From Blasia pusilla (taxonomy: Eukaryota), in assembly GCA_050084515.1 (NCBI GenBank), contig CM114271.1, positions 47,244,001 to 47,308,000 of the forward strand: DNA of 64,000 bases, given 5' to 3'. Position 1 is the first letter of the stretch, and every line of letters begins with the position of its first letter. Below the pieces are notes generated by a model. The model was not told the DNA's origin, searched no databases, and was given only the letters and a program-made list of their open reading frames with translations. This document shows, piece by piece, positions 25,857 through 39,712 of this stretch. The translations under genes were made by a program, and so were the position numbers.

Positions 25857-28800
25857 TTACGTTCGGGAAGGAGGACTATAAACTTCTGCTGGCAGTCTTG
25901 GTGAGGGCACGACCTTGAGAGAAACCTTATTCCGCAACACGAGCAAGTAACTTTCAGAAACATCCACGTCTTCAGCCTTTAAACCGTCCATAGGCCTATA
26001 ACTGAAAGCATGCACCATAGCAGCCAGAGTGCGCTGGACCATGGTAATCCCTAAAGTGATTCCGACACATTTGCGGCGTCCTGAGCCGAAAGGAATAAGT
26101 TGAAAATCATTGCCTGTCATTTGGATGTTGGTGCCCAAAAACCTGTCCGGGTTAAACTCCATTGGCTTTTCCCAGTATCTGGGATCATGGGCGATGGCAT
26201 AAGTATTGACAAAGATGGTGGATTCGGCAGGGACGTGAAAACCACCCAGGCTGGATGCGTTGTCGTTCAAACGAGGGAGGGTAATAGGAACTGAGGTATG
26301 AAACCGAAATACTTCTTTGACAAAAGCTGTCAAGTACGGGAGGTTGGCCAGGTCGGCCTCTTCCACGACCCGGTCGGTTCCAACCACTCTGTCGATTTCC
26401 TCCTGGAGTTTCTGCTGCAACTCAGGGCGACGGACACACTCCACCAGACACCACTCTAACGTCGTTGCCGTTGTATCCGTGCCTCCCAAAATCATGTCCT
26501 GTACATTTCAACCAGAAATAATATCATGTGGATGAAAATCAACGAAGCGAATGACTCCCGATCTTAGGAAATGTTTGTATCACAACGGAATCAGGCCTAT
26601 CAGGAGGATTTCTATCGTAACGGACCGGAATTATGAGGTCATACTCTGATCGGTATGATGAAGGTACCATTGAATTTGCTGAGTAAATTAAGCAGACCGA
26701 AGTAGGCATGAAATGTAGAATCTTCTTCACTGAGATTGGCCCATGTGTGCCCAGAAACGGTCACTCCATACTTCTAACCAGCCACAAAAAACGCCATTAA
26801 AGTAAGAGAACTCGAAAGGCTGAAACGTACATTGAGAAGACCAATCATCGCTTTATCCGAGAGTTTATCGGTTCCTTGAAGTGACAGTAACACATCCACA
26901 AAGTCCTCAGTGTCATCTTTAACACTCGGGGCCCCAGGAATTCGGCGCTGGCGGTGCTCCTCGATGATCAATCCAAAAAGCGCCTCCGACCGGGAACGAA
27001 TTTGTTTCCACTTGGCGTTGATCCCCTGTAGATCTAACCACCGCAAACACCACACTAAATCGGATAGGTTTAACCTTCCTACGTTGTCGAAGACGTCAAT
27101 GACCAGGCTCTTGAAATTCTCCAGCTCAGCTGTCACTGGTACATCTGCTCCGTAATAGCGTTTCCCGAACATCATCAGGCACATAATGTTCATCGTCAGG
27201 CTATGTAGGTACTCCCTCACTTCCATGGGCTGGCCCTTTTGTCCGTATGATCTCACTGAACTCAGCAAGACACTTATTTCCTCCGTCCGGACCTTCAATA
27301 GCACAATAAGGCCCAGCCGCCTGAATTAATCCTTAAACCCAGAGCTAGTATGACTAACGAGAACTGAAACATCCCGCTTCCTGAAACTGAAACTGAAACA
27401 TCACGCTTCCTAACCTCAGAATGCCTTCATTGACTGACAGGTGCAAGAGATAATTCAGAGAAAAAATTTGAAGGATTTGTATCAGGCACGAGGTCAGGAA
27501 CAAGTGCCATGCCATCGCAGGTAAGATGTCTCAAGGGGAACGTAACATCCTCTTGAATCATTGAAGAGCGAGCAGCCAGCGGCGCAGGTGAAGGCCTGCG
27601 AAGCTCGTTACTGCTCGGAACATGTCAACAAGCTTCGGCACCAATCGCAGAGAGTCAAACTCGGGCATGCGTAAGTCAGCAACGACTTCATTTACCGTGA
27701 CATCCATTATCTTACACCAAAGGCTTGGGATTGTACACAACGGACCTTTGCAATCTCGATTGAGAGTCTCTTAAAGGAACAAGTTAATCAAACTAACGCC
27801 AGGTCATTTTTCAAACTGCAAGCAGCCACCTTTCACCGATGTAGGACACGATTCTACTAAGGCATGTTATTCGGCATAGGATGTGGATATAGTGGGTGAG
27901 ATCTCGCCTGTGGTTTTAAACAAACAATTAAATATCGACGAGTATCGATCATCCATCCCGCATCCGACCCTCGATACACAGACAGGCGGATTATCGATCG
28001 CGGCGCTAGGTCGCTCGTTCACTTGGTTCTCATTCATCGTTACATGGAGCGGTGAATGTCAGGAGCTGAGGAGTGGAGTCGGCTCATTATGAAGTCAAGG
28101 CTACCAGGCAAGTGACTATGGTAAACAAAGAACCTCACGATAGGTGAAATTGGAATTTGAAAATGCAGAAAACACCTCTAATCTAGTCCACATATTAAAG
28201 CACCAACCACACAAGGACTCTAACTCGGACATGCTGAGCGGTACTTTGACAATGACCTCGACATAACCCATCACGATCGAGAGATTCAGGATGTACAACA
28301 GCACGTCAAAGCCGAAAGTTTCCTAGAGGGAACAGGCTCAACGGGTCCAAAGACGATACACAGTGATCAAAGAGTCAAACTCGGACACATTGAGTGAAAG
28401 AAACAGTTTTCTTTGACATCTCGTACTACGCAAACCATCATCTACATGTGAGAAACCGAAGTAATTTCAGCCAGAGTGTACCTTTGCAGAAGCGTAGAGT
28501 CGCGAGAGAGTGAAAAGCTCCGTGGTGCAGACTTTTCGAAGGGTTCTGAGGTGAGGATTGTACTCGGAGAAAGCGATGTCCATCGAGTCAATCCCTATGT
28601 ACTTGGCTGCACTGCGTTGGATTGTCCTGCCAGATCGGTGCGGAAATTCTATGTCTCGCTTTTTCATGAGTTCCTCTGCTACTTCAGCGCTTGAAACTAC
28701 GATTAACGTATAGTGTCCGAGGCCAACCTTCATCACATCCCCGAATTTTTTCGACAGTTTCCATAAGACCTGGTGAAGCTCCCCTTCCAGATACAAAAGC

Positions 28801-28985
28801 GATCCCAGGATGGGCCACACCGGGGGTCCGGGCGGCAGATTCTTCTTTGGTTTCATAAACATGGAAGCCAAAATCCAGACGACACATATCGCAACCAGTG
28901 CTAACCAAAATTTGATGTCCGTGGTGAGCTCTAGCAAGACCGAAGCCGCCCTGTTTCCTGCCTCCGCAACGTCAAGGCCCACCAT
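25857..28985 (-). CDS. Cytochrome P450, CYP71 clan (A-type), 535 aa
   Basis: Exons 28985-28482, 27292-26831 and 26498-25857 (GT-AG, phase 0). TM anchor followed by LPPGPPVWP; I-helix GGTDTT; K-helix KEVFR; FNPDRF; heme motif PFGSGRRKCVG. The second intron lies just before the I-helix motif, as is typical of A-type P450s. Confidence 0.95.
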
Positions 28986-30050
28986 GGCGTCTTAAACTCT
29001 CCACGAAGATTACGCAGGTGCCGGTCTCGTTGTCCTGGTGAGTACGTGACGGGTCGTCTGTCGAATGCTATTCACCCGATTCTCTGGGAATGGTGTGACC
29101 GCAACGCTGCCGTGCCTTGCCTAACTTGTTCAACTAAAGCAAACGTCGAGATCCCACTCCGAGGCAGAAACTGCTACGCATGCGAGATTTCGGAACTCGC
29201 ACCTGGACGAACGAGACGAAATCCTACGACTGAACATTCAGAAGAGAGCGATCGATTGGTGTTGCAATGAGCGGCGTTTGCCATGGAGCCACAGATCCAT
29301 CCTAAATTCCCTAGACATTAGATCCCGAAGCGAATCGGCTACAGAAGAAACCGTCGGAAGTCGCAAGCCTTGCGTGGCATGTCAAGACGCAAGTGAAGCC
29401 CGCCGGTTTTGGACGGCGAAGTATCCAAACACCTCACCTGGCGGACGCGTCCTTCAAACGAGAAGGCCACAGAATCGACGTGCGCAAAATGTCTGCGAAC
29501 GCACAACTCCCACCTCGAACTCTGGTAGATTCGGATAGCAAGGACTAATTCGTCTCCTCTGTCCACCGCAGATCTATCTCAGTAAACTCTGCGAGTAATT
29601 CCTTCCCTATTGCATCACAATTCCTTCCGCATAAGCCCTCCGCGCCTCAAGATCTCCGTCGCGCACGTCGCGCGCTGCCAAATGGTTGAATTCGCAAAAC
29701 CCACCACGGTCCAACAACGCCACGAAGAGCAAACTCCGTCGTGAAACCCGCCGCTCTTCACTGCAATAATCTCCTTGCCAGATCGCACAAGCGGACACGG
29801 ATCCAATCAGTATCGCCGTCCGTCGGTCTGTCTGTCTGTGAGCAACAAATAGAGTATCGTAGAGTCAATGTAGACCGCACCAACCGGCTCCGAGTTTTGA
29901 AAATTGCCGGGAAGGAAGTCAAGCGTTTATTGATTGATCGGTCGACTGATTGATTAACTGGCGAGTAAAAGAAAACGCTTCCTCATCGGCGCCTTTCCCA
30001 CCAACTACCACGGTCCACGGCGCTTCAACTTGCTGCCGTGGCGTCCACAT

Positions 30051-33000
30051 AACAAGAAGACAATGAAATATAAATATAGAAAATACAGCAGGATACAAAT
30101 GAGGGGGCATGGAGAGAAAAACAAACATGAAGGGGTCAAAACCGGCAGGCCCCAGGAGAAAGAAGGGGCCTTCCTCCTAATAATCCAATCACCAATAGCG
30201 GATACAATATCAGTAACACCTAGAGAACTATCATTACATCTAAGTGGGCCGCTAGCATTGGTGTCTCCAATCGCCTGAGCCCGCCGCAAAAACCCATTTG
30301 CCTCGGCACGTTGCAAAACTATGGAGACCCGTTGCCTACAATAAAGTATCACATTGGCTAAGAACAACCCATTTCTCGACTGGAGATGATGGGCGCAATC
30401 CGTAAGGAACGAGTCAAACCTCTCCTCCATAGCCCCGTACATCTCAATGGCTAGGGGGATAAATCGATGTCCGTCATGAAGTCGACTTTAAATGTGGGTC
30501 TTCTTGACCGCCGCCGCCGCCGCTCTTTGTAGCAATCTCCCTTGTGCCACCACTTGGGCTCGCACCGCCTCCCGCGTAGGATTCGTCACTACAACATCCG
30601 CTACCACCACCTAGACTCCCTCGTCATGTAGAGATCAACACGGACAAGGGAATCACGCATGGAGTAGTGTCTCTCTCTCTCTATACATGGAATCCACTCT
30701 CTCGAGCAATAGAGAACATAATATACCGCACTTCATTGTGAGTGGCTATCCTCTCACCCCCAAGTGGACACCGTGCCAAATACACACCAAGTGGATCCAG
30801 ACTGCGGCGACACTCGCAATGTGTCGAACCAACCACCAATGGTTGGGGCAGGCCCAGTCGGAACCGCATCGCTGTAGTGTAGGTAAGTGGTGCGATGCGG
30901 AAATCCAGGATGAGGGGGCGAGCCCCCACCCATGAGCTTGCCCCCTTTCCGGAGCAAGAGCGAATACAGGCCCAAACCTCCATGGGGATATTCCCGTTCG
31001 ACAAAGTAGCTCTAAACAATGCATAAAATTGGGCTTCCATCAAAGAAGATTGGAGCCCAGACTGTCCGGAGGTAACAAGGGAAGAGAAAGCGAGAAGAAC
31101 TGATCTAGCCTCAACAAGAAGGGAGTCTCTACAAGATGTGAGTGAAGACTGAAGTGGGAAAAGACCATCCTCAACATGGAAAACGTATTGTAAAAGTAGC
31201 GGTCTATCCCTAACCAAAAATCGGGAGCAAAGGAGGGGTGCTACAATGGCCCAACTCCGTAAAAAGCTGAAGACTCCACTAACTCAATCGCTATGAGACC
31301 TACTCCACCAAAGGCAATCGGCCAAGACGCCTCTCTACGAGCTTCACCGCGAGGCCGACACGTGCCAACTGTGTTGAAAAGTGCTGAAATGCATGAACGA
31401 CCAGGTCTCTAGGGCCAACAATATGAGTATCATCTACCAACAAAGGGAAAATGCAACCCGGGAAAGCCTCCACCGTAGAAAGAACCACTCGATAATGAGC
31501 CAAAGCAAACAATGCACCATCCAAGGGATCACCCAGACGCGTCCCGCAGCAGACTCCAAGACCGTGACCTCCTCCTCAAACCTACCATGGTGAAAATAGA
31601 GGGTCAAGGGGGCCCAATAAAATACATGCACGAAGGGAATCAGACTCGCTATAGGACCCCCTACGTCTCTTAGCTCCGTGAAGGTAGTTGCCCGAGACAC
31701 TGAGTTAAAGGCGTTCTCCACATCAACTTGGAGAACCACCCACTCAGGATGTATATCTAAACAAGCCCTCATGCCTAAGGCTACCGCCTCACAACCGGCT
31801 GGCATGGCAACTCCGAAGTGGTGCAGACTCAGATGTGATTGGAAAGCCTCACAGAATTGCAAAGCGATAGTGCGACTCACCAACCGCAAGAGCACCTCCC
31901 CTATGGCAATCAGACGGATCCCTCCATCCTCCTTCGACAACGCCAAAAGTCACCCCGCCCCCAATACCTTGGCTACTACTGTTGGCACTCTCCCCTAAGC
32001 TAGATGAGAGGCGACCTGAAGCAACTCGGAAAAGCTGTTGGCACAGTCCTCGGGGGGGGGGGGAGAAATCACAAAGGTATTCGTACATCATACCAGACAA
32101 CCCTCCACCTGCTATCCTAGGGGAACGCCCGAGTGCCCGTGCAAAGAGGAACGGGTCTAGTCATAAGGTCATGACAGGATGGAAGTCACGTACAAATGTT
32201 GGGATATCAACCGTTGGACAAGGATGTAGCCTCTGGAGGGCGTCCATGGTAACAACGGAAGGAGGAGCCATATCCACAGGGCGGAGTGCACGAGCCGCTC
32301 GCGAGTACTCCCCGGCTCGCCCAAGTGTCCTACATCGTCGCAATCTGGCTGCTACAAGATCGTCCGCTGGGAAACCAAGTGAAGTGCTACCTATGGCATA
32401 TGCCACGAACTTGCTCTGCAGAGACTCCCAATCGCCTCCTCGGAAACGCCGCAATCGAGCCACAACCTCTCTATGGCTAGCCTTCCCTTCTCGGGTACAG
32501 CGAAGATACCATCGTGGAAGGAGAAGTAGTAGATACCATGAGAGCTCATCCATAGGATCAAACGCGATCCTAGATAGGGGAAGGAGGAAAGTCTAGCGAA
32601 GCTCATCCCGAATGGCATGGGTGATCCTATGAAACAACCTCGGGCAGGGAAAATGGGTCTCAAAGAGACCGGTGATGCTGCCAAGGTGGGACCTCAACCA
32701 CTCCTATGCATCAAGAGGGGGCGATGATGCATGAACTACCGGTGAGCATCCATGATCGACTGGAGGAACCACCCATCCAAATCTATCAAAGTCAGGATGT
32801 TTAGCCGCTAAGTGGTTCCCAAGTCCTGAACGAGTGAAGAATTTGGGACAACAAGCGAGTTTCGTATCCCGACTAGACGACCCACGAGCCCCTACACGAG
32901 GGGCCGATGCGGGTCAAGGCATGGACACCGCTCACCAAGAAGAGAACATGACCCCCTCCATCAAACTCGAGAGACGATCCCCACCACAATCCGCCCCACA

Positions 33001-33445
33001 ACCCCCATTCGAACTAGCACTAATGGTAATCGACTCTCTTCCCGTCCACGAAAATTCTCTCCCTAGTATGAACTCTCGTCTACCATCTTCACCTAGGACT
33101 GATGGCCCCTTCCCAAAACAATATAGAGGTAGTATGGAGGTACTAAAGATATGGAAAAAGAATAGACGGGAAAAAATAGATGAGAATAGAGTGGGATAAG
33201 TGAGAAAAACATGGGTCAAAAGTGAGCGAGAAACATGCGTGGCTACAAGATAAGGACATAGAGAAAAAGGGGTGGTGTGGAAGAACAACATGAGTTGTCT
33301 TGGAAACATTCATGACATGACAACGAAACGAGACAACAAAGAAGACCCTAATACCTACATGAGAAACCCTACAAAATCAAGAATCTAAGAAACAAAATAA
33401 AATGAAAAATACTTCATTATAAGATTGACGCTGCGGATCAAAATG
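30051..33445 (-). mobile_element. CRE-clade-like non-LTR retrotransposon (RT plus restriction-like endonuclease), degenerate with internal deletion
   Basis: GGIRLIAIGEVLLRLVSR, HFGVAMPAGCEAV, QVDVENAFNSV, LVDDTHI; CCHC CECRRSLDPLGVYLARC...H; C-terminal RQRVSIVLQRAEA; no APE endonuclease domain seen. The 5' end shares a motif with the 59-63 kb copy. Confidence 0.88.
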
Positions 33446-33899
33446 TAGAGGAGACCGATATCTCCGTTTCGGTATAACACACGACCCCTCTCCATCCTCC
33501 ATCACTCCATCAAAATCCGTCCCCGCCTCTTCACCATCCTCCACCACCTCCGTAGAGCTCCTAATGGGACCAACCTTCGTAATTATACGGTAACTAGGGC
33601 GCGGCTGTTCAAGCGGCGTGTGAAAACTAGTTATCGGACACGTGTTTGGATGGATTAGATGAAGAGAGCAGCAAATAAAACGATCGGTGTTTGCAAGGCC
33701 CGTAAGTAAATAAATAAATGAATGAATAAACCAAGGCAAGTGTGAGAGGCTAGAAGGGTGATGGAGTTCTTTATGGCAAATGAGACTGAATTGGTAGGAT
33801 AGGTAATGCAAGAAATTGTAGATTGAAGGATGAAGAAAATGCAGATTGTGTAAGAGAAAAAAAAAAAGATGGTAATTTAAGATGGAGAAGAGAAGGAGT

Positions 33900-35200
33900 A
33901 TTTTGCAAGACTAATGTGGAGACAAAAATTGATTGATGTCAACATTGTAGTAGGATAATGGAGTTGAAAAAGGACATGGATGAAATAGTATGTATGTGTA
34001 GTGTAGCATAGCATAAATACATTACATAGCAATGCTTATGAAGAAGTGACATAATTTTGGAGAGTGAGGTAATTTATGATAGGTATTGTAAATTGGAATG
34101 CATGTAATGTTCAACAATTGATTGCACAGTAGCAATACATAGAAGTAAATGAAAGAGTGTTGTTAGTTCGAGGTAAATTGAGTCATTGTTTTTATATTTT
34201 AGTCTATGCACATGTGGTTGTAGTGTTAAAGAGCATGTTGTTGTTGATAATATTGTTATCTAGTGTATCAGGCATGTGAAAACTTGTGTTACAGAGGAGT
34301 GCTTATGTTGGAATACGTATATACGTCAATTTACTATTCCAATAACAATAACATACTTGTAAAACATTATTGTGAATAAGATGACATGAGATATAAAGCA
34401 AAGTTAGAGGAGAGGCCTTCAATATGAAGGAAATTAAAGGGCATTAATTGCTGCAATATTGAAATAGTAGAATGACGACATGATTGAATACTATGGAATG
34501 TAAATAAATGATGACAACATGATGGAATACTTTTTGCAAACATGTATATGTGCAAATGAGGCAATTGAAAAAACATGGAAATGGAATAAAATATTTCGTA
34601 GAGTGATGTCCTACAGTGAGGCCCACTATTGAGTAGATAATAGTGATGAGTAGGTGCTATGACATTATTTAACGGTGTGGTGAGGGTTGGACACTTCATG
34701 TAGGTTGCAAAAATTCATGGACATTTGAGAATGAATGAGGAGGAGCATCAATAGAGGTCTAACATCGGGAGATAGCGCTCAAGCTGACCTGGTTGAACAT
34801 AGCAACAACAATAGTTAGAAAAAATGTAGGGTGTTGTGAGAAACAAATAAGAATGAAATTGTAAGAAATGGGCATGTGAGTAAGAATACAACTTATGAAG
34901 TAATGGAGGAACAAGTGAAAGAGAGGCAAACATATGTAGAAGTTCAGAATTGAGAACACTTGAACAAATGTGATGATTTCAGAATAAAGAAGATTGTAGG
35001 AAAATCCAATTCATAAACATTTATAAAGTGGTGTCCGTAGTACAAATTGGAAGAAAGTAATAAGGTAAATGTAAGTTGAGTAGAAAATTTTGCCAGTAAG
35101 TGAGAGCTTAATAGACATAAGGCATATGTATGATGCAACATAATAAGAAGAGGATGTATGCAGCAAAGCTTTGTAGAGGCAACAAGTGTAGAAGATGAAT
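33900..35200 (-). mobile_element. Very decayed DNA-transposon relic, possibly MULE/SWIM
   Basis: AT-rich, CpG-poor sequence with a SWIM-like remnant ICTYTCLQKVFH..CCHHL at ~34510-34555. Weak evidence. Confidence 0.3.
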
Positions 35201-36543
35201 AGTGTGAAATATACATGATAATGAGTGTTGCATTGAGTTGTTTAATGTAGGGAAAATTGCGATAAGAGATTGTGATGTAAAGCAAATACAAAATCTCCAT
35301 TCTTTATATATATATATATATATTCAACCCATGTGGGTAGCAAAATTTTTGATATGCAAGCTATTGTGTATGGGAAGGTCATGCCAACAAAAAATGGTCC
35401 TTTGAGGTGCACCTGAAGAAAAACATATTTGAAAAGAAACTTAGAAAAGTGTAGAGTGACGTAGAATACGAAAGCATATTAATTGAACCATAGTGAGTGT
35501 AAAGAGTGGATGGTATGCTTACCTCATTGGTTCATGGAAATTTGTGTTTCCGGGGGATGTAACAAGCAGGGAGGTTGGTAAGTAGGGAGTTTTGAGGCAA
35601 AAATGGATGAAGAGATTGAGAGGTAGAGCGGGATAGAGCATAGTTCTCTTCTTAGTATGCGGCATAATGTCAAATCAAGTGTGAGCGGGTAAGTGAGCCT
35701 GAGGCATAATGGATGAATGAAAAATGAATGATTTAGGACCTATGATACTAAATCAATACACCTTCTCTTCAGATTGGTTCGGATTTGTGCAACCATGACA
35801 AACACGGAAATCTAATCCCCACTAACTCAAGGCCTCACATACTCTAAAGAAATTATTGCAGAAAAAAAAATCATCACTAATTATAGGTAGCTGCTACATG
35901 TAAAGCCTCCATGGGCCTATTTTGCTTTATTCCTTCTATTGAGCGTGTCATGATGCGCCTAATAGCGAATATAGCAATTCGAGATTCTCTACTCAAGTGG
36001 GGATGGTGGCTTCTTGTAAGTGGGAAGTCGACGACAATAGACATTGTTATCTCTCTCCCACAAATATTATCATGTCCTTCATATGTTCACAAGGCTGCCA
36101 AAATTCTTAATAAGGCCCTCTCCTTCACCAATCTATCCTTCTCACTACTTGAATGTTGTATATGTTGAAACTTCACCAAATAGGTGCATAAAGGTTATAA
36201 ATTTTGAAACATATAGGTATTTTCCCATGGTAAGTAGGAGGTGACCAAAAGTGACCTAGAGACACATCTACCCAAAATGAATCACATATAAGAAAACAAC
36301 GTAATATTTGTTGAACTATGTTATTCGAAATAATGCGCTTGTCCTTTCACCTAATATGTTTCATACCGATACTTGTTGAGCTATGTTTTTCGAGATGATG
36401 TGCTTGTCCTTCGTACAAAACATTTGTTGACCACAAAAATGACCTGGAGATTCCCTGAACGACATTAATGCGAGCAGAGCTCTCGTTCACTCCACGCCCG
36501 ATGGATATGCCTTTTCGATGGTGCTGCTTCTCGCCGCAAGCTC

Positions 36544-36589
36544 TGGGCCGGGCAGAACTTAGGGTTTCGTCGCACAGAATCTAGGGTTT
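36544..36589. promoter_or_regulatory. Site II plus two telo-boxes
   Basis: TGGGCC at 36544-36549; TAGGGTTT (AAACCCTA on the other strand) at 36560-36567 and 36582-36589; located at an AT-rich to GC-rich transition. Confidence 0.5.
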
Positions 36590-39500
36590 CCTTGCTGGAT
36601 TCAGTTTTAGTACTACCGATCCGGTCGCCCTTCGAACCTTCAAATGGCCCGCCGCTCTTCTCTGGGAACTCACAACCACAACTCCTTCGGAATCGACACT
36701 GCGGTGTTTCCGCTGTGCATCGTCGCACACGAGCGACGGAGGTTTCCATTTCGAGGTCCCCGAGGAATTCATGTCCGACTCTGTCTTCTTGCTGCTATAA
36801 CTTCTGCGTCCTCAGCGTTTTAAGCTCGGTGTTCGGAGTGTGTATACGCCTCGTTGGGTGAGTCTGTGGCTTGATCTCCACCCGAGTTATTAGTAGTAGT
36901 AACGAGATGGAGTCGACGAGCGTCGGCGTATTGCGCGCACATGGTCGCCGAGTTCTAGGTTCTCTCTCGTTGTATACGCCTAGAACTATGGCCGATATCC
37001 AAGGAGCTGGCTGGGGTCTACGGGCCAATCTGGCCACCGCTTCATTTCACCCGGCCTAGAGAACCTCGGGGAGAAGAATTCTTGAAGCTCGAGTTAATAT
37101 TTCTTGCGCTTACTGATCCCCGAAAATTTTAGAATCCTGATGAACACGCCGATTACTCTAACATGCGATGAGTCTAGCCGAGTCCAGCCTCTTGCTCGTG
37201 GCGGAGTTCTCTAAATTTGAAACAACGATGAATGTGCGTTTCGTATTGGATGTGACGTCTACCACCGTACTAATCCGGGGTTTGCACTTCTAGGTCACTT
37301 TGTAACCAAATATTACGCTCCAGACGCCAGGATCCTCTTCGTTGGTGCTTAGGAGACCTTAGGTCTTCGTTAGGAGACCTAAGCTCCTATCTCCGGAATG
37401 CTAGCTTCATTTCACTGAGCTAGTCTTTGATGACGGACCTCTAAGACGTAACGAAAATGTCTGTTCTAGTCCGTCCCCAGGCAAAGGAACTTGTAGCGCG
37501 GGGGCTCTGGCTAAACCGGTCAGTCTAGAAGCAGTTCCCCTCCTGACCAAAAACCTAGTCGAGGGCGGTGTTTGTCCTATATCTACATGTAGGCCGTCGG
37601 TTGCCCATGCTTTTTCAGCCCATATTCATGTCAGCTCAGCGGCTATCAACAGTGGATACCTAAGGCTCTCGAACTAAGCACGAGCGACACTAGTACGTGA
37701 ATTGGGTAAATCGGTTCCTCTCAAATTCCCGCATGTATCACGAGTTGAACGAAGAGAGTAGATAAGCATCTCGATCCAGACCTTGTAAAGGCCAAGACAA
37801 GAGCTTAGGATTTGGTATCTATGAACCGAAACCTCAATGTATCACGAATTGTTAGCATCAAATCATAGGCTCCAGATGTAAGCGCCGATTGAAGGATGAT
37901 CGAGATTGTACAGCTGTAGCAGGGGTTCAAATTCCACACTGAAGATTGTAACGCCACTAACGAAATTATAGGAAATTTGACGCTGAGGGAGTTTCGGATG
38001 CATCTACATAAGTTGTCAGCAATAAAGAAACAACAGCAGTGCGCTCCCAGCACACGGAAAAACAGACGTTCAGGAAAGAAGCATGTCCATATCTTAGGGC
38101 AGAAAAATTGTTGGAAGGTCCAGGGCTAACCACAAACAATGGGTAAGAGTCTGTTCCCAATCTACATGTCAGCGCCGAAAACCATGAGTATGGTATCCGT
38201 AAAACACGTGGAACCAATCAAGTCGTGACTTGTCAATGTCTGCTCCTGCTGCCTCCCGCACTGGACGGCTGCGGTAGGCGATCCCCCCACTCCACTCTAT
38301 TCAGATATCGTTCTCCGTAAATGGCCTGCCACCCAAGATTCTTCGCAGAGCAAAGCATGGCTTTCACTTACATTCGTAGGTAGACGACAGTCTGCTGAGA
38401 TTTGTCTCGCCCGATAGGCAGCTTTTCAATCATCATCTCGAAGCCGCGCACTAGCTGTCAGCTCATGGGCGAATTTATCCTAAGTAGTGTTTGGATGCAC
38501 TTTTTCTGCTTATACCCTTGCTCAACCATATCGTTCTTCTTTCAGGTTGCGTGCCCATGATCAAATCTGAAGTCGACTATCAGCTTCCCGCCGGTGGGCG
38601 ATGACTGCGAGTTGAAGCAAGATATGAGGTTGACGGCTTGTGTGGAGAGTTTCTTATGTGGAACGAAGATTAATTTCCACGTTCAGGCTCGAATCCATGT
38701 TATAATTCGAGAGTGCCTCTTCAATATACAAACTCTTCACACAAGCCATCCTCTTGACTAAGGTCAATATGGCGCTTCACGAGACAGCAAAATTTGATGT
38801 AAAATGGGAATCGAGAGTGCATTTTACTCCTCTACTGTTTCTTAGAGTATTCGTTTCGAGATGACTCTCCGAACTACCGTAATGAGCAGAAGTGGTTGGT
38901 TCTTGTGAAAACCACCTCTATGAAAGGTCTGGATATGATCTAAACCACCTGGAGCTCTCCCCTCCTGGTTGAGCTTCCGATGAGCTACGCACCCGTCTTA
39001 TCATTTGGGCAAGGCCCTTCATTCTCTCTAAACCACCTAGAAAAGCGTGGTTGACTCGAAGGAGGAGTTCCATACAGAGAGTTTGACTGGAAGGGCAGAC
39101 TTTCGTCCGGGAGATTTGTCTGACATAGTGCTAAACATTGGGCACACAGTCTTCTGAAGCAGAGTTGTCGGTCAGAATTGTCGTTTCGTTTGTTTTGGGA
39201 CCAAATCCTCCATGACCGTTGAAGAGGACCTCGGCAGAAAGTGGATTTTTTTATTTCATTTCTAACTGCTAGCAATGGTCCGCCGAGAAAGCGAAGCTGA
39301 ATGAAAGGAGATGGGTAAATCCATCGGTAGTACAAGTCTCCTACAAGGAGGGAGGTGCTTGCTACCAGGTTGCTGTAGCGGTGATTTTCCTAAGACCGGG
39401 GAGGTTGCCGATATCCTCGGTTGGTAGGTAGCTTCAGCGGTGATTTTCTTTAGACCGGGGAGACCCCGACGCGCCAACACGACAATTGAATGTGAGCATT

Positions 39501-39712
39501 TTCTGGAGAGAAAGAAGGCTGTTTCGTAGAAATGCTCGCTCTGTGTGTGTAGCGCACGTGGAAAGGAAGGGACAGTCGAGAGGCAGCGATGCACAATTAA
39601 CCTACCTGGCTTTGAACTCAGGAGAAGTTACTGAGAAACTATACGTATGCTTTTCTACTTCAGGTTGCGGAAAGACGCACATGTTGATATTTTGTTCAGT
39701 GTAGGGGTGCGG

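Noticed and set aside
29508-29517. TCCCACCTCG resembles the plant snRNA upstream sequence element
   Set aside because: No correctly spaced TATA box and no recognisable snRNA, MRP or telomerase RNA downstream.
33598-33631. Imperfect hairpin followed by CTAG-T, like a Helitron 3' end
   Set aside because: The stem is weak and no matching 5' end or Rep/Hel sequence is adjacent.
36305-36430. Two to three degenerate ~65-bp repeats, superficially CRISPR-like
   Set aside because: Eukaryotic context, divergent units and no cas genes; an ordinary tandem duplication.
37136-37195. TGATGA ... GCGATGA ... CCGA as a possible C/D snoRNA or hammerhead core
   Set aside because: The boxes are degenerate, the region is too short, and there is no terminal stem or hammerhead stem II/GAAA.
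38951-38976. GGAGCTCTCCCCTCCTGGTTGAGCTT resembles a miR390 complementary site
   Set aside because: It needs a 3-nt bulge next to the seed plus another gap, which is not the target-mimic position, and no second site or TAS3 cassette was seen.
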